Notes: generated by a model not told the origin, from the sequence alone. 64,000 nt of DNA from a virus (IMGVR_UViG_3300049460_000121:1-64000), one strand, 5' to 3'; positions 1 to 11,843 are shown, numbered from the stretch's first letter. Numbers and translations: made by a program.

Positions 1-228
1 ACTAACTTCACGCAGCCATGGACCTTTGAAGAAGTTGATGGTGCCTTCGTAGGCACGCTTATCAACCACAGCCTTCAGCGGGATGTACTGGAACTCTTCC
101 ACCGAATCGCCGCGGCGCAGGTAGGCGTGTTCGATGTTGTCGGCATTGCGGCAGATCTCGAAGGAGATCAGGTTACCATTAGCTACCATGGTGAATACCA
201 GGCCTGCTGCGTCGTGATGAACTTGCAT
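1..228 (-). CDS. Hypothetical early protein, runs off the window edge
   Basis: ATG at 228 preceded by a GAGGAGG RBS; frame (MQVHHDAAGLVFTMV...) open to the edge. Confidence 0.6.
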   Translation of the reverse strand, partial: MQVHHDAAGLVFTMVANGNLISFEICRNADNIEHAYLRRGDSVEEFQYIPLKAVVDKRAYEGTINFFKGPWLREVS

Positions 229-264
229 ATTACTGTCCTCCTCGGACTTAGGTTTGGGTACTGC

Positions 265-456
265 TTACTTGGTTGCGACTAAGCTATTCTTGACGCAGAT
301 GATCTTCCCTTCATAACGGAGAGAGTCACACCCTTTGATCTTACCACCGCGTTCCACGAACGCTTTGTCTTCAACAGACATGTGGTAATCGGCAATGGCG
401 GCGACGCCAGTGGTGAGGCCGAGCAGAGCGATTGCAGCGATGATAAGCTTTTTCAT
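265..456 (-). CDS. Small secreted/membrane protein
   Basis: Signal-peptide-like N-terminus MKKLIIAAIALLGL; AAGGA RBS. Confidence 0.65.
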   Translation of the reverse strand: MKKLIIAAIALLGLTTGVAAIADYHMSVEDKAFVERGGKIKGCDSLRYEGKIICVKNSLVATK

Positions 457-469
457 GTTTCAGATCCTT

Positions 470-706
470 TTAGATTTTGCCAGTGCGGCGGGCTACTTCC
501 ATGCGGTACTGCATGACCAGCTCTTCACCACCTGCTTTGCGGAGATTGGTTTCGATCTCAGCATCGAATTCTTTACTGGTGTCAAGGGTAGCCTTGGCTG
601 CCTTGCTGCTGCGGTGTACTACAATGGCGGCAGAGACACCGCCACCGATAGCTGCGCCGATGGCGAAAGCTGCGGCACCAACTTTGATCAGGTTCAATAC
701 GCTCAT
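470..706 (-). CDS. Small membrane protein
   Basis: GGAGG RBS before MSVLNLIK; Ala/Gly-rich hydrophobic segment. Confidence 0.6.
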   Translation of the reverse strand: MSVLNLIKVGAAAFAIGAAIGGGVSAAIVVHRSSKAAKATLDTSKEFDAEIETNLRKAGGEELVMQYRMEVARRTGKI

Positions 707-735
707 GTTACTGACCTCCACGGTCTAAGGATTAC

Positions 736-1029
736 TTATACGAAGTTACGACGGTAGAAAGTGAGCATGTGCTTCAACGACTCGACTGTGCGAGCACCTT
801 TCTGGAACTCGGTGATGGCATCCTGGACGCCATCCAGATTCATGAACTTCTCCTTTCTCTCTGGAGTCAGTTCAGCAAACTGTTCTTCGAGTACGACAGT
901 GATGACTTTCTCGCTCTCCATCACTTGTTTATTGTGACGTTTGATCATGAGATTGTCGATAGTGCGGATCCCTGCATAGAGGGCCATGGCACTTGCGACT
1001 AAAACGACTGCACCTTTGATTGCGCTCAT
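736..1029 (-). CDS. Small N-terminally anchored protein
   Basis: GGAG RBS before MSAIKG; N-terminal TM-like segment. Confidence 0.6.
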   Translation of the reverse strand: MSAIKGAVVLVASAMALYAGIRTIDNLMIKRHNKQVMESEKVITVVLEEQFAELTPERKEKFMNLDGVQDAITEFQKGARTVESLKHMLTFYRRNFV

Positions 1030-1142
1030 GGTGGTTCTCCATGTATCAGTGGGATTGTTCATGGGTACTATGTATGACTGAAAGAAAGTTAAGTGGGATT
1101 CTATGACCTCCCGACAACTCTTCATTATAAGGCTACACAGCC

Positions 1143-2306
1143 ATGAGCGTACTCCGACAACTCACAATGAACCACCTGTCCATCACGCCCTCGATGGAAT
1201 GCGCACAACTCACCACTCAAATCGACTGGATGTACGACCATTTCAATCGGTTGATGACGGCACTCCCGCAAGCTATGGCCGGTGATGTCTCCACGGAATC
1301 CAGCAGCTACCTGGAGCTCATCGGGTATTCCACAGAAGCTGAGAAAGGTCCGACGCTAGTCCAACGGATCTGGCAAGGCATCAAAACCCTCTTCGGCAAG
1401 ATCAAGGAATTCCTGGGTCGGCTGTTGAGCGCTCGCAAGCACCACCTGAAGGGCAACGAGTTCAAGATCGAGAAGCTGAAGAAGTACATTCAGAATATCG
1501 ACATGGACCGCAAGCCTGAAGGCAAGATGTCTGCCCACACCGCGCTACTCAGCGCTGACCCAGCGTCCGTGATCAGTTCGCTCCACAAGTTCACCGATCA
1601 GACCAAGCAGGTGATGGCCTTCCGTACCCACGGCTTGGAAATCCTGAACCATGTCGATGTTGGTACCCTGGACAGCGTGAAAGCCAAGGACATCCACAGC
1701 AAGTTTATCGCCAAAGAAGAAGTCGTACGGGCTGTAGATGGTGGTGGTTCTACCTCATTCCTGCGTGATGCGGACAAGATCTCGTACGAATCCCATCTGG
1801 GTACCAACCGCGAGAGCACGGAGTCTGACGTCCCATCAGTCATCCTGATGAACTCCATCGTGGCTGAGTACGAGAAGATGGTGAAGGACGACGCCCACTA
1901 CGTCCAACAGATCGAGAAGGAGTCGACTTCCGGTAAGGATCTCCTCGCCAAGTTTGAGAAGCTGATGTCTTCGAACTCGTTCCAGGGCCGTAGCTCGAAC
2001 TGGACCACCGTTGAAGAATACGACGAGATCAACCGTAAGGCTGATGCCGCCTTTGCACAAGGTCGGATGTTGTTCACACTCATGACCCAGGTGCAACGTT
2101 TGACGCACAACTACGTCTGGGATGTCCTGTATAGCGACCTCGAAGACGTGTTGCAAAAAGCTTTGGGTCAGTACAAGTTCAAGAAACACGAACTGCACGA
2201 AGAAGATCGTCACGGCGATGTAGATGCCGGCGAACGCCGTTATCGCGAAGAGCAAGCTCGCGATAGAGAACGCCATAAGAACGATGGCGATCACGAATAC
2301 AGATAA
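1143..2306 (+). CDS. Virion head/internal protein, phiKZ paralogue type
   Basis: SME and two STE maturation-type motifs, then the amphipathic helix RIWQGIKTLFGKIKEFL typical of the family. Confidence 0.65.
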   Translation: MSVLRQLTMNHLSITPSMECAQLTTQIDWMYDHFNRLMTALPQAMAGDVSTESSSYLELIGYSTEAEKGPTLVQRIWQGIKTLFGKIKEFLGRLLSARKHHLKGNEFKIEKLKKYIQNIDMDRKPEGKMSAHTALLSADPASVISSLHKFTDQTKQVMAFRTHGLEILNHVDVGTLDSVKAKDIHSKFIAKEEVVRAVDGGGSTSFLRDADKISYESHLGTNRESTESDVPSVILMNSIVAEYEKMVKDDAHYVQQIEKESTSGKDLLAKFEKLMSSNSFQGRSSNWTTVEEYDEINRKADAAFAQGRMLFTLMTQVQRLTHNYVWDVLYSDLEDVLQKALGQYKFKKHELHEEDRHGDVDAGERRYREEQARDRERHKNDGDHEYR

Positions 2307-2315
2307 AAAAAAGCA

Positions 2316-2348
2316 GACATAGGGCAGGCTCACGCCTGCCTCTATGTT
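2316..2348. terminator. Bidirectional terminator between convergent genes
   Basis: GACATAG-GGCAGGC tcac GCCTGCC-t-CTATGTT hairpin; A-tract at 2305-2312. Confidence 0.75.
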
Positions 2349-2355
2349 CTATGCA

Positions 2356-2661
2356 TCAACTTACGACGGGGACCTTATAACCCAGCATCTTCTGAACGAT
2401 CTTGACATGTTCACGGATGTAGGGCTGTATGCCTTTATGCTTACCGCACCTCATCTCCATGTATTTCTTACCCTCCTCACCGGACAGGTAGCGCACGGTT
2501 GAGTTACGCTCCATCTCCAGGCACTGGGCATCGAACTCACTGTCCCACTTGGTGCAGCCGTCGTAAAACCCTTTGGGAGGGGGTACAGTCAGATCGACCA
2601 TCTCCTCCTTCGCTTTCGATTGCCCTTTCCGCAACGAGTCAATCATATCGCAATAGTCCAT
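2356..2661 (-). CDS. Hypothetical protein
   Basis: ORF directly downstream of the ligase, same strand. Confidence 0.55.
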   Translation of the reverse strand: MDYCDMIDSLRKGQSKAKEEMVDLTVPPPKGFYDGCTKWDSEFDAQCLEMERNSTVRYLSGEEGKKYMEMRCGKHKGIQPYIREHVKIVQKMLGYKVPVVS

Positions 2662-2683
2662 CTTCCCCACTCCCACTCACGTA

Positions 2684-4962
<2,279 letters not shown>

Positions 4963-5160
4963 GGTTGCGGACTCGGTGAAGTGCTAAGTGCTGAAAAGAA
5001 AGCGATGGATGGACCCATACTCCGTAGGATCATGTACGACTAAAACTTTTTAGAATGATATTCGTTGCAGCAGCCGTACATTCTATACGCATGTTAAATA
5101 AAAAAATAAATGAAAGCAGACAGGCATCACCTGCTTCCATTTACACCTGGCCGTGTAGGC

Positions 5161-5559
5161 TTAGTTGGCGTCGGCTGGTTTCTCAGTGTTCGGGCTGTCC
5201 GCGGCCGGAGCTTCGGCACTCTTGGGCGCCTCTGGGGCCTTCGCATCAGCATCAGCAGCTTTGGCCGCTTCCTTCTCCTTCGACGCTTTGCGATAGACTT
5301 CCATCACGCGTTCGCCGATGTCGGCAGCAGAGATCTTGCCCGAAGTGATGTCGTCGATCAGAACGTTCAGGTCGGCCTTCAGCGAAGTCAGGTCACCTTC
5401 CAGATCAGCCACGGCTTTCTTCAGGATGGCACACTTGCTCTCGGTCGAGATACCGGAATCATTCAGCATCTTCTTCAGACCACGGTTGGTCAGGTATTGG
5501 TAAGCGTTAGCGCCTAGGGAAACGGCAGCGATTGCACAGAAAGCGATTTTCAGGGACAT
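5161..5559 (-). CDS. Membrane-anchored coiled-coil protein with Ala/Pro-rich tail
   Basis: GAGGA RBS, N-terminal hydrophobic helix, downstream of a TACATTAT motif. Confidence 0.7.
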   Translation of the reverse strand: MSLKIAFCAIAAVSLGANAYQYLTNRGLKKMLNDSGISTESKCAILKKAVADLEGDLTSLKADLNVLIDDITSGKISAADIGERVMEVYRKASKEKEAAKAADADAKAPEAPKSAEAPAADSPNTEKPADAN

Positions 5560-5600
5560 GGTACTTCCTCAATGATTAGGGATGGAGCTTATTCACTTCA

Positions 5601-5624
5601 ATAATGTATCACCGTAATTCTTTA
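5601..5624 (-). promoter_or_regulatory. Putative early phage promoter (TAAA-N10-GATACATTAT)
   Basis: Motif recurs upstream of several minus-strand genes; resembles the phiKZ early consensus TATATTAC. Confidence 0.55.
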
Positions 5625-5629
5625 GCGTG

Positions 5630-5659
5630 CAGCATAAAGGCAGGGCACGTAGCCCTGCC
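5630..5659 (-). terminator. Terminator (hairpin + TTTATGCTG)
   Basis: GGCAGGGC/GCCCTGCC stem just after the Tad1-like gene. Confidence 0.7.
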
Positions 5660-5664
5660 GCGAC

Positions 5665-6018
5665 TTACGCTTTCTCGGTACCCAGCACACCACGTTCAGC
5701 CCGTTCCAGAGCGCGCTCTTTCAATGCATCGATCGCGCCTTCAATTTTGGTGATGGCGATATGGTTGTGTGTATTCTCGAACTTACCTTCGTTCAAGGTC
5801 CTCAGACGAATAGCGCAAACTTCCAAGAGGGCCTCGATGGACAATCCGTTAGGGTCGCCATTAACGACGCCACTCTGGAACTTGACGCAGTCTTGGAACT
5901 TACCGGATTGAAGGATGTAACTGTCAATCGCACCTGAGGGTTGGACGGCTGGACCTAAGGTAATGTCGAAATCCATCATGGATCGGCCGGTGTGGTGGCG
6001 AAATACTACATCACTCAT
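5665..6018 (-). CDS. tad1: Tad1-like anti-Thoeris/anti-CBASS nucleotide sponge
   Basis: KFQ.G...NG...E.LLEV...RL..L..GKF....N..AITKIE.A...L..R..ER.ERGVLGT matches the Tad1 family pattern; AGGAG RBS before MSDVVF. Confidence 0.8.
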   Translation of the reverse strand: MSDVVFRHHTGRSMMDFDITLGPAVQPSGAIDSYILQSGKFQDCVKFQSGVVNGDPNGLSIEALLEVCAIRLRTLNEGKFENTHNHIAITKIEGAIDALKERALERAERGVLGTEKA

Positions 6019-6069
6019 GTTTTTTCTCCTAAATTGTATGTAATTCCACATATCAGGATGGTCACAGTC

Positions 6070-7380
6070 ATGGGTTTCAGACAAGAACACGGGAAGGTGC
6101 TAAAACTACAGGTGGTCCAATCCTTGTACGGGTATCTCCCGTTCGATGAACAGGCCGAACACGAAGCTTCGTTCGAATCAGCTTGCCGTGCCGTCATGGG
6201 CGAAGCTTGGGACGTCAGCGGCCTCTCCATGGAATCGGCTGAAGGTTTGGCGCATTACCTACGTGGTGTTCACAGCGCCTCTGGCACACCTATGCGGGTC
6301 AACAACCGTAAGCTGATGATTGGCTTAGCCCATCAGGTATTGTCTCTGGAATCGCGTGAGAGCGCTTTGCCGGCTGGTACGTTGGCTGCCGCATTGGCCA
6401 GGCCGCAGCTGGAAGCAGACGCGACTGTCCTGCTGAAGCGTTACGGTCTTGATGCGCTGTCTACTGAAGGCATGGCGTTTGACGCGCTGAAGTTCGTCGG
6501 TAAGACGCTGGTGAGTCTGTTCCTCAAGAAAGGTGTCGACAAAGCCGTTGAGAAGGTTGAGAAAGCCTTCGATGCCAAGAACATCGACTATAGTCAAGTC
6601 CACAAGATGGTCGATTACATCTCCACTACCACCGGTGTTGTGCGTAAAGTGGAATACGCTCCAGTTGAAGGTAAGGTCTCTGGTGAAGGGATCGTCAAGA
6701 ACCTTACCTGGGGTCACGAGTTCGACGAAAAGGATCCAGTAGGATTCCTCAAGAAGAAGTTCGCTGAGTGGGAAAAGTTCTATCACGCCCATGAAGCTGC
6801 TGTCGCCAAGATGTCTGCTGCCGTCATGGCGGATGAGAAGTCCACCCGCGGCGCCATCAAAGCCGTTGACGTCGAAGACACCGACAAGATGGAGGAGATT
6901 CTCAAGAAGGCGAGTGACGCCCTATTGCAGATGGAGACTCCTACCAAGGTGGCTGAGAAGATGAAGCCTGTATTCCCAGGCGCACGGATGACCAGCATCT
7001 ACAAACCTCGTGCCTACGAGTACGGCTGCATCCACGTCATTGCTGATAAAGCGGCTAAAGACATCGCTCAGGTCCGTACCCTCAAGAAGGAAGAGGCTAT
7101 CGCCCTGCTTGAATGGCTGCATGGCGCAGTCAGCAACCTCAAGAAGTACACCACGGTGTTTGAGAAGGCCAAGTGGTCAGACCATTCCGACGGTGACGTC
7201 TTCTGGGATCAGGTTGAACAGACTCATCAGGCTGACTCTTACGCCGGCCTGATCTACTGGCAGTCCTGCGATGACGACTTCCTTTATGGTCTGGATGACA
7301 TTAGTGAGATCCTCGCCCGTCTTAACAACGGTATCATGAACTGGATCGATCGCAGCTTCCACGACCACCGCGCTGAGTAA
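6070..7380 (+). CDS. Virion head/internal protein (start codon uncertain)
   Basis: SFE, SME, SLE, STE motifs in the N-terminal region; TATG late-type motif at 6037. Confidence 0.6.
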   Translation: MGFRQEHGKVLKLQVVQSLYGYLPFDEQAEHEASFESACRAVMGEAWDVSGLSMESAEGLAHYLRGVHSASGTPMRVNNRKLMIGLAHQVLSLESRESALPAGTLAAALARPQLEADATVLLKRYGLDALSTEGMAFDALKFVGKTLVSLFLKKGVDKAVEKVEKAFDAKNIDYSQVHKMVDYISTTTGVVRKVEYAPVEGKVSGEGIVKNLTWGHEFDEKDPVGFLKKKFAEWEKFYHAHEAAVAKMSAAVMADEKSTRGAIKAVDVEDTDKMEEILKKASDALLQMETPTKVAEKMKPVFPGARMTSIYKPRAYEYGCIHVIADKAAKDIAQVRTLKKEEAIALLEWLHGAVSNLKKYTTVFEKAKWSDHSDGDVFWDQVEQTHQADSYAGLIYWQSCDDDFLYGLDDISEILARLNNGIMNWIDRSFHDHRAE

Positions 7381-7386
7381 TCCATT

Positions 7387-7416
7387 GGCAGGGACTTCGG
7401 TCTCTGCTTTGTGCTG
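7387..7416 (+). terminator. Terminator (UUCG hairpin + TTGTGCTG)
   Basis: GGCAGGGAC ttcg GTCTCTGCT. Confidence 0.75.
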
Positions 7417-7757
7417 TAAATGTTTACGGAACATGTTTAGGGGATAAGGGGAACCGAGGGACGGTAGGACCGACGGAGGGGATCATAATGGAGAGAGGAA
7501 TCCTCCGGATGACATCTGATTATTCTATCGAGTCATTGAGGGATTTATCCCGAGGCGAGTGTTATAACGCTGGGCAGTAGGCCCAGCTATCTGTTTATTA
7601 TTAGTCACAGGGCGGGGCGTTTTAGCGACCCGACTAATATGATCGGAACACAATTTCAACACTCGGGGAAACGCCTACTTTTCAATAAGTTACTCGTAAT
7701 TAATTACGGTGACTGAGAATGAGTTAGCGTAAAATATAGGATACCAAGGGAAATTCC

Positions 7758-10244
7758 ATGATTGAGCAAGTAGTTAAATTCGATGGTTCAGAAGAACCTT
7801 TTATTGCGAAGAAGATCAATGGCTGGGGCAAGTGGAGCGCTCGTGGGTTCTCCAAGTTTATCAACTGGGCAGACATCGTCACCAAGACGGTCTCTCAGAT
7901 GCCATCCCGCGTCACCTCCTCGGAATTGAACCAAGGTCTCATCCGCAATTGCATCGATGAAGACACCTGGGCCGGTCAGCTGATGGCTGGCCGTCTTTAT
8001 GCTATCGAATGCCATAAAGAGGTGTTTGGAAGCAAAGATCCATTGCCGCTGAAAATGATCCACGAGATCATGCAGGCTGCTAACGTGATGGTGCAGTTGG
8101 ACTACTCTGACGAAGAATACGTCAAGATCAACCGCTGGATTAACCACCGTATGGACTACGAGTGCGCTCACTACCAGCTCAAGCAAGGTCGTGACAAGTA
8201 CGCACTGCGTAACCGCATGACTGGCCGCGTGTACGAAACCCGTCAACTGGCGCTGATGCGCGTTGCGATGGTCGTCTGTGAGCGTGAAGAGCGTTCCAAC
8301 CGTATGGCTCGCCTGAAGTCCTTCTTCGCCGACCTGTCGGAAGAGCGGATCTCAGCACCTACCCCGAACCACAACAACATGGGCACTGGCCACAACGGCT
8401 TCTTCAGCTGCTGCCTGTACACCAGCGACGACACCAAAGAGTCGATCGCCACTACTACCCACATCGCCGAAGTCATGACCTACATGTCGGCTGGTCTGGG
8501 TTCGAACCATCACGTCCGTTCCCTGGGCGACCCTATCCGTGGTGGCAGCATCGTCCACAACGGTAAAGCGCCGTACTTCAACAAACAGACCGGCGTGGTC
8601 AAGTCCAACAAGCAGGGCTCCCGCGGTGGTTCGCTGACTGAATACTTCTCGGCCTTCGACCCAGAAGTCAAAGAGATGATGGTGCTGAAGAACCCACGCA
8701 CCCCGCTCAACAAGCGTAACCGCAGCATCGACTACTGCATGATGCTGAACCGCTTCCTGTTGTGGAAGTCGGCTGGCGAAGAAAACGTCTTCCTGTTCAA
8801 CTGCTACACCGCTCCTGACCTGTACGCCGCATTGTACGGTAAGGACCTGCAACTGTTCGCCGATCTCTACGACAAGTACGAGAAAGACGAGTCCTTCAAG
8901 AAGACTTACATCTCGGCCCGTTGGCTGGTGGTGAATGCTCGTTCGCAAGGTTTTGAAACTGGCCGCTTCTATAAGGCCATGATCGACACCATCAACTGGC
9001 ACACCCCGCACCGTGATGCGATCTTCAGCTCGAACCTGTGCGTTGAGATTACTCAACCGACGTACTGGTACAAGCAGATGATGGAGCTGTACAGCGAGAA
9101 GTTCATCTCCTACGTCCGCCTGGCTACCACCAAGCGTAAACAGGTGTACTTGGATGGTAACGTAGCGGTCTTGACCAAACGCGTCCCAGGTCCTATCGCA
9201 GCGATCGAACTACAGGCCGGTGACGTCTACTGCACTCTGGATGATCCAAAGGAACACAAGGTCGCCAAGGTCATCGATTCTCGCCGTGAGCCAGAAGTTT
9301 CTCTCTGTGCCCTGGGCGCTATCATCGTCACCAACTGCAAGACTGAAGATCAGTACCAGGAAGCTTGCTACAACCTGCTGTACATGATCGACTTCTGCAT
9401 CGACGTGAACGATTACGCACTACCGCACATGAAGCTGACTGCTCAGGCACGTCGTAACGCCGGTGTGGGCATCATGGACTTGGCGCACTACATGGCGCTG
9501 AAGGGTCTGAAGTACAACACGAAGGAAGGCTACGAAGAGATGCACCGCGTTGCGGAGCGTCACATGTACTGGCTGATCCAAGGTTCCCTCCGTCTGGCCC
9601 GTGAACGCGGTAACGCGCCATGGATCCACAAGACCGATTGGGTACGTGGTTGGACTCCTCAGAAGACCTACTCCCGTGAAGTGGACACGTTGGGCGATTT
9701 CGTCAACGTCTACGACTGGGATGAAGTGTCTGCTGACCTCATCGAAGTTGGTGGCGGTCGCTTCAGTTCCCTGTGCGCACACATGCCTGGTGAATCCAGT
9801 TCCAAGTACAGCGCGTGCACCAACAGCCTCATGGGTCTGCGTTACCTGTCCATCACCAAGAAGGACGGTAGCAACAGCATGGAGTGGGTTGCTCCTGAGG
9901 CCGATACCCTCAAAGATCAATACACGATCATGTGGGACCTGAATCGTTACGAGCAGATCAACCTGTATGCCATCTTCCAAAAGTGGGCAGACCAGTCGAT
10001 CAGTGCTGACTTCTACGCCGTCATCAAAGGTGACGACAAGATTGACAGCCTGGAGCTCGTGAAAGAAACCAACTACGCGTCGGACATGGGTCTGAAGACT
10101 TGGTACTACACCAACGTCGAAACCTCTGACAAAGAAGCCCTCAAAGGGACGCTCGAGCGTATCAAGCGCGAAACCCCGATGCTGGAAGATGATGGACTCG
10201 ACCTGAGTGGTGGGGTCTGCGGCAGCGGCGGTTGCTCCGTTTAA
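7758..10244 (+). CDS. nrdA: Class Ia ribonucleotide reductase large subunit
   Basis: ATP-cone-like start, PTP, SCC, SNLCVEI, SLC, MPGESSS, DQSIS, KTWYY, C-terminal CxxxxC. Confidence 0.97.
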   Translation: MIEQVVKFDGSEEPFIAKKINGWGKWSARGFSKFINWADIVTKTVSQMPSRVTSSELNQGLIRNCIDEDTWAGQLMAGRLYAIECHKEVFGSKDPLPLKMIHEIMQAANVMVQLDYSDEEYVKINRWINHRMDYECAHYQLKQGRDKYALRNRMTGRVYETRQLALMRVAMVVCEREERSNRMARLKSFFADLSEERISAPTPNHNNMGTGHNGFFSCCLYTSDDTKESIATTTHIAEVMTYMSAGLGSNHHVRSLGDPIRGGSIVHNGKAPYFNKQTGVVKSNKQGSRGGSLTEYFSAFDPEVKEMMVLKNPRTPLNKRNRSIDYCMMLNRFLLWKSAGEENVFLFNCYTAPDLYAALYGKDLQLFADLYDKYEKDESFKKTYISARWLVVNARSQGFETGRFYKAMIDTINWHTPHRDAIFSSNLCVEITQPTYWYKQMMELYSEKFISYVRLATTKRKQVYLDGNVAVLTKRVPGPIAAIELQAGDVYCTLDDPKEHKVAKVIDSRREPEVSLCALGAIIVTNCKTEDQYQEACYNLLYMIDFCIDVNDYALPHMKLTAQARRNAGVGIMDLAHYMALKGLKYNTKEGYEEMHRVAERHMYWLIQGSLRLARERGNAPWIHKTDWVRGWTPQKTYSREVDTLGDFVNVYDWDEVSADLIEVGGGRFSSLCAHMPGESSSKYSACTNSLMGLRYLSITKKDGSNSMEWVAPEADTLKDQYTIMWDLNRYEQINLYAIFQKWADQSISADFYAVIKGDDKIDSLELVKETNYASDMGLKTWYYTNVETSDKEALKGTLERIKRETPMLEDDGLDLSGGVCGSGGCSV

Positions 10245-10308
10245 TACGTTCCAACTCCGGGAGATCACCACTCCCGGTTCCCTCAACTTCTCGAAAGACA
10301 CTTAACAC

Positions 10309-11472
10309 ATGAGCGAACTGATCCTACCTCCATCCGCGAAAACAGACGCCAACTTCGCAGACATGATCTTCAACCCCAATAAGACTGACTACGACAATCC
10401 AGCATTGTTCTTAGGTCAGCGTGGTGGGTTGGGTGACACGATCCATGATCACCACCCTGAGTTGTGGAAGTACTGGCGTGCTCTGCGCTCTCTGGACTGG
10501 GACACCAACGAGTTCAACTTCGAACCGTGCAAGCTCGAGTTCCAGACCGTCAAGCCGGGCATCGCCCAAGGCATGATCCAGAACCTGGGTTTCCAATGGG
10601 AATCTGACACCGAGGCCGCAAACGGTATCAGCGCGGTAGCCAACCACTTCGTGACCAACTCGGCACTCAAGACCGTGTGGGAGCAGATCACTGCTAACGA
10701 GAACCTTCACTGGACCACCTACTCTGAGATCGTGCGTTACAGCTTCGACGATTCCAACCAGGTCCTCAAAGACGTGTTGGCGGTGAAGGAGTCCATCCAG
10801 CGATTCCAACGTATCGGCGAAGCGATGGGTAAAGCCTACCGCATCGGTCTGGAATACTCCCTGGGTCTGCGTAAAGCGGATGATCCGGAAGTCTACCAGG
10901 CAGCATTCATGTTCACCGTGGCACTGTTCCTGCTCGAGCGTGTAAACTTCATGGGTTCTTTCGCAGTGACTGGCGCTATTGCACAGACAGGTGACTTCAT
11001 CCCTATCTGTAATGCCGTCCAGCGCATCGCACAAGACGAAGCGGAAGTGCATGTGAACGTTGGCAAGTACGTCATCGGTTACGAGCTCACAACGCCTCGT
11101 GGGATCGCCTGCTGGAAAGCGAACCGTGCCTGGATCGACGACATGTTGATGGAAGGCCGTGCTTCCGAGATGCGTTGGATTAACTTCCAGCGTGACTCAG
11201 GCACGATCGTTCCAGGCGTGGGTTGGGATGAGCTGAAGACCTACGTGAATTTCAACTGCGCTGACGCAGCCGATACCCTGCACCGCCCAGTGGAGTTCAA
11301 CGCTCCAACGCAATGCAACCTGCCGTACATGACCAAGTGGCTGGACGTGTCGAAGACTCAGCACTCCCCTCAGGAATCTGACATCGGTCAGTACCGAGTG
11401 AACGTGGTGCGGAGCAACGACGAAGGCGTCAAGCTGCCGTTCAACTTACATCGCGCATTGCAACCAGCGTAA
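10309..11472 (+). CDS. nrdB: Ribonucleotide reductase small subunit
   Basis: Diiron/radical motifs ESD, ENLHWTTY, LERVNFMGSF, QDEAEVH; follows nrdA. Confidence 0.95.
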   Translation: MSELILPPSAKTDANFADMIFNPNKTDYDNPALFLGQRGGLGDTIHDHHPELWKYWRALRSLDWDTNEFNFEPCKLEFQTVKPGIAQGMIQNLGFQWESDTEAANGISAVANHFVTNSALKTVWEQITANENLHWTTYSEIVRYSFDDSNQVLKDVLAVKESIQRFQRIGEAMGKAYRIGLEYSLGLRKADDPEVYQAAFMFTVALFLLERVNFMGSFAVTGAIAQTGDFIPICNAVQRIAQDEAEVHVNVGKYVIGYELTTPRGIACWKANRAWIDDMLMEGRASEMRWINFQRDSGTIVPGVGWDELKTYVNFNCADAADTLHRPVEFNAPTQCNLPYMTKWLDVSKTQHSPQESDIGQYRVNVVRSNDEGVKLPFNLHRALQPA

Positions 11473-11485
11473 CAAAAAAGAAAGG

Positions 11486-11521
11486 GCATAGAGGCAGGGG
11501 AATGAACCCCTGCCTCTATGC
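11486..11521. terminator. Bidirectional terminator
   Basis: Perfect 15-bp stem GCATAGAGGCAGGGG/CCCCTGCCTCTATGC with upstream A-tract. Confidence 0.8.
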
Positions 11522-11534
11522 TGCAAACTGTCAC

Positions 11535-11843
11535 TTACTTCTTCTGTATCAGCAGCAGGTTCTTTTCACGAGCAGTTTGGTTCATCGCCCGTGCCTTCGC
11601 CAAACCGCCGTTACAGACTGAGTTCTCGAGAAGCTGCCTGACGTATACCTTCGACCACATTGCAGACCTGACGCCCTGTGGAGCAGCCTCGTAAGCTACT
11701 TCTTCTGGGGGTGGTACGATTACGCAGTCCTTGATCCAATCCTCGTCCATAGTGACGAAGTGGGTCTGGGTCTCGTATTTCGTTTCGGTTCTGGTACAAC
11801 CGAACAACGCAAGCGCTAACCAGAGTGTCAGGAGGTACTTCAT
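11535..11843 (-). CDS. Outer-membrane spanin (Rz1-like lipoprotein)
   Basis: Lipobox LALFGC, Pro-rich stretch and Cys pair; ATGA overlap with the upstream gene. Confidence 0.7.
   Translation of the reverse strand: MKYLLTLWLALALFGCTRTETKYETQTHFVTMDEDWIKDCVIVPPPEEVAYEAAPQGVRSAMWSKVYVRQLLENSVCNGGLAKARAMNQTAREKNLLLIQKK

Noticed and set aside
5665-6018. Acb2 assignment
   Set aside because: It lacks the Acb2 GYRxL and AIAQP motifs; the pattern fits Tad1 instead
7417-7757. tRNA, known riboswitch or NrdR box upstream of nrdA
   Set aside because: No cloverleaf/T-loop, recognisable aptamer or NrdR consensus seen by eye
11035-11052. NrdB DEAEVH spacing as a sign of a non-iron or inactive subunit
   Set aside because: The other metal ligands and the radical Tyr are present; a one-residue spacing variant is not enough evidence
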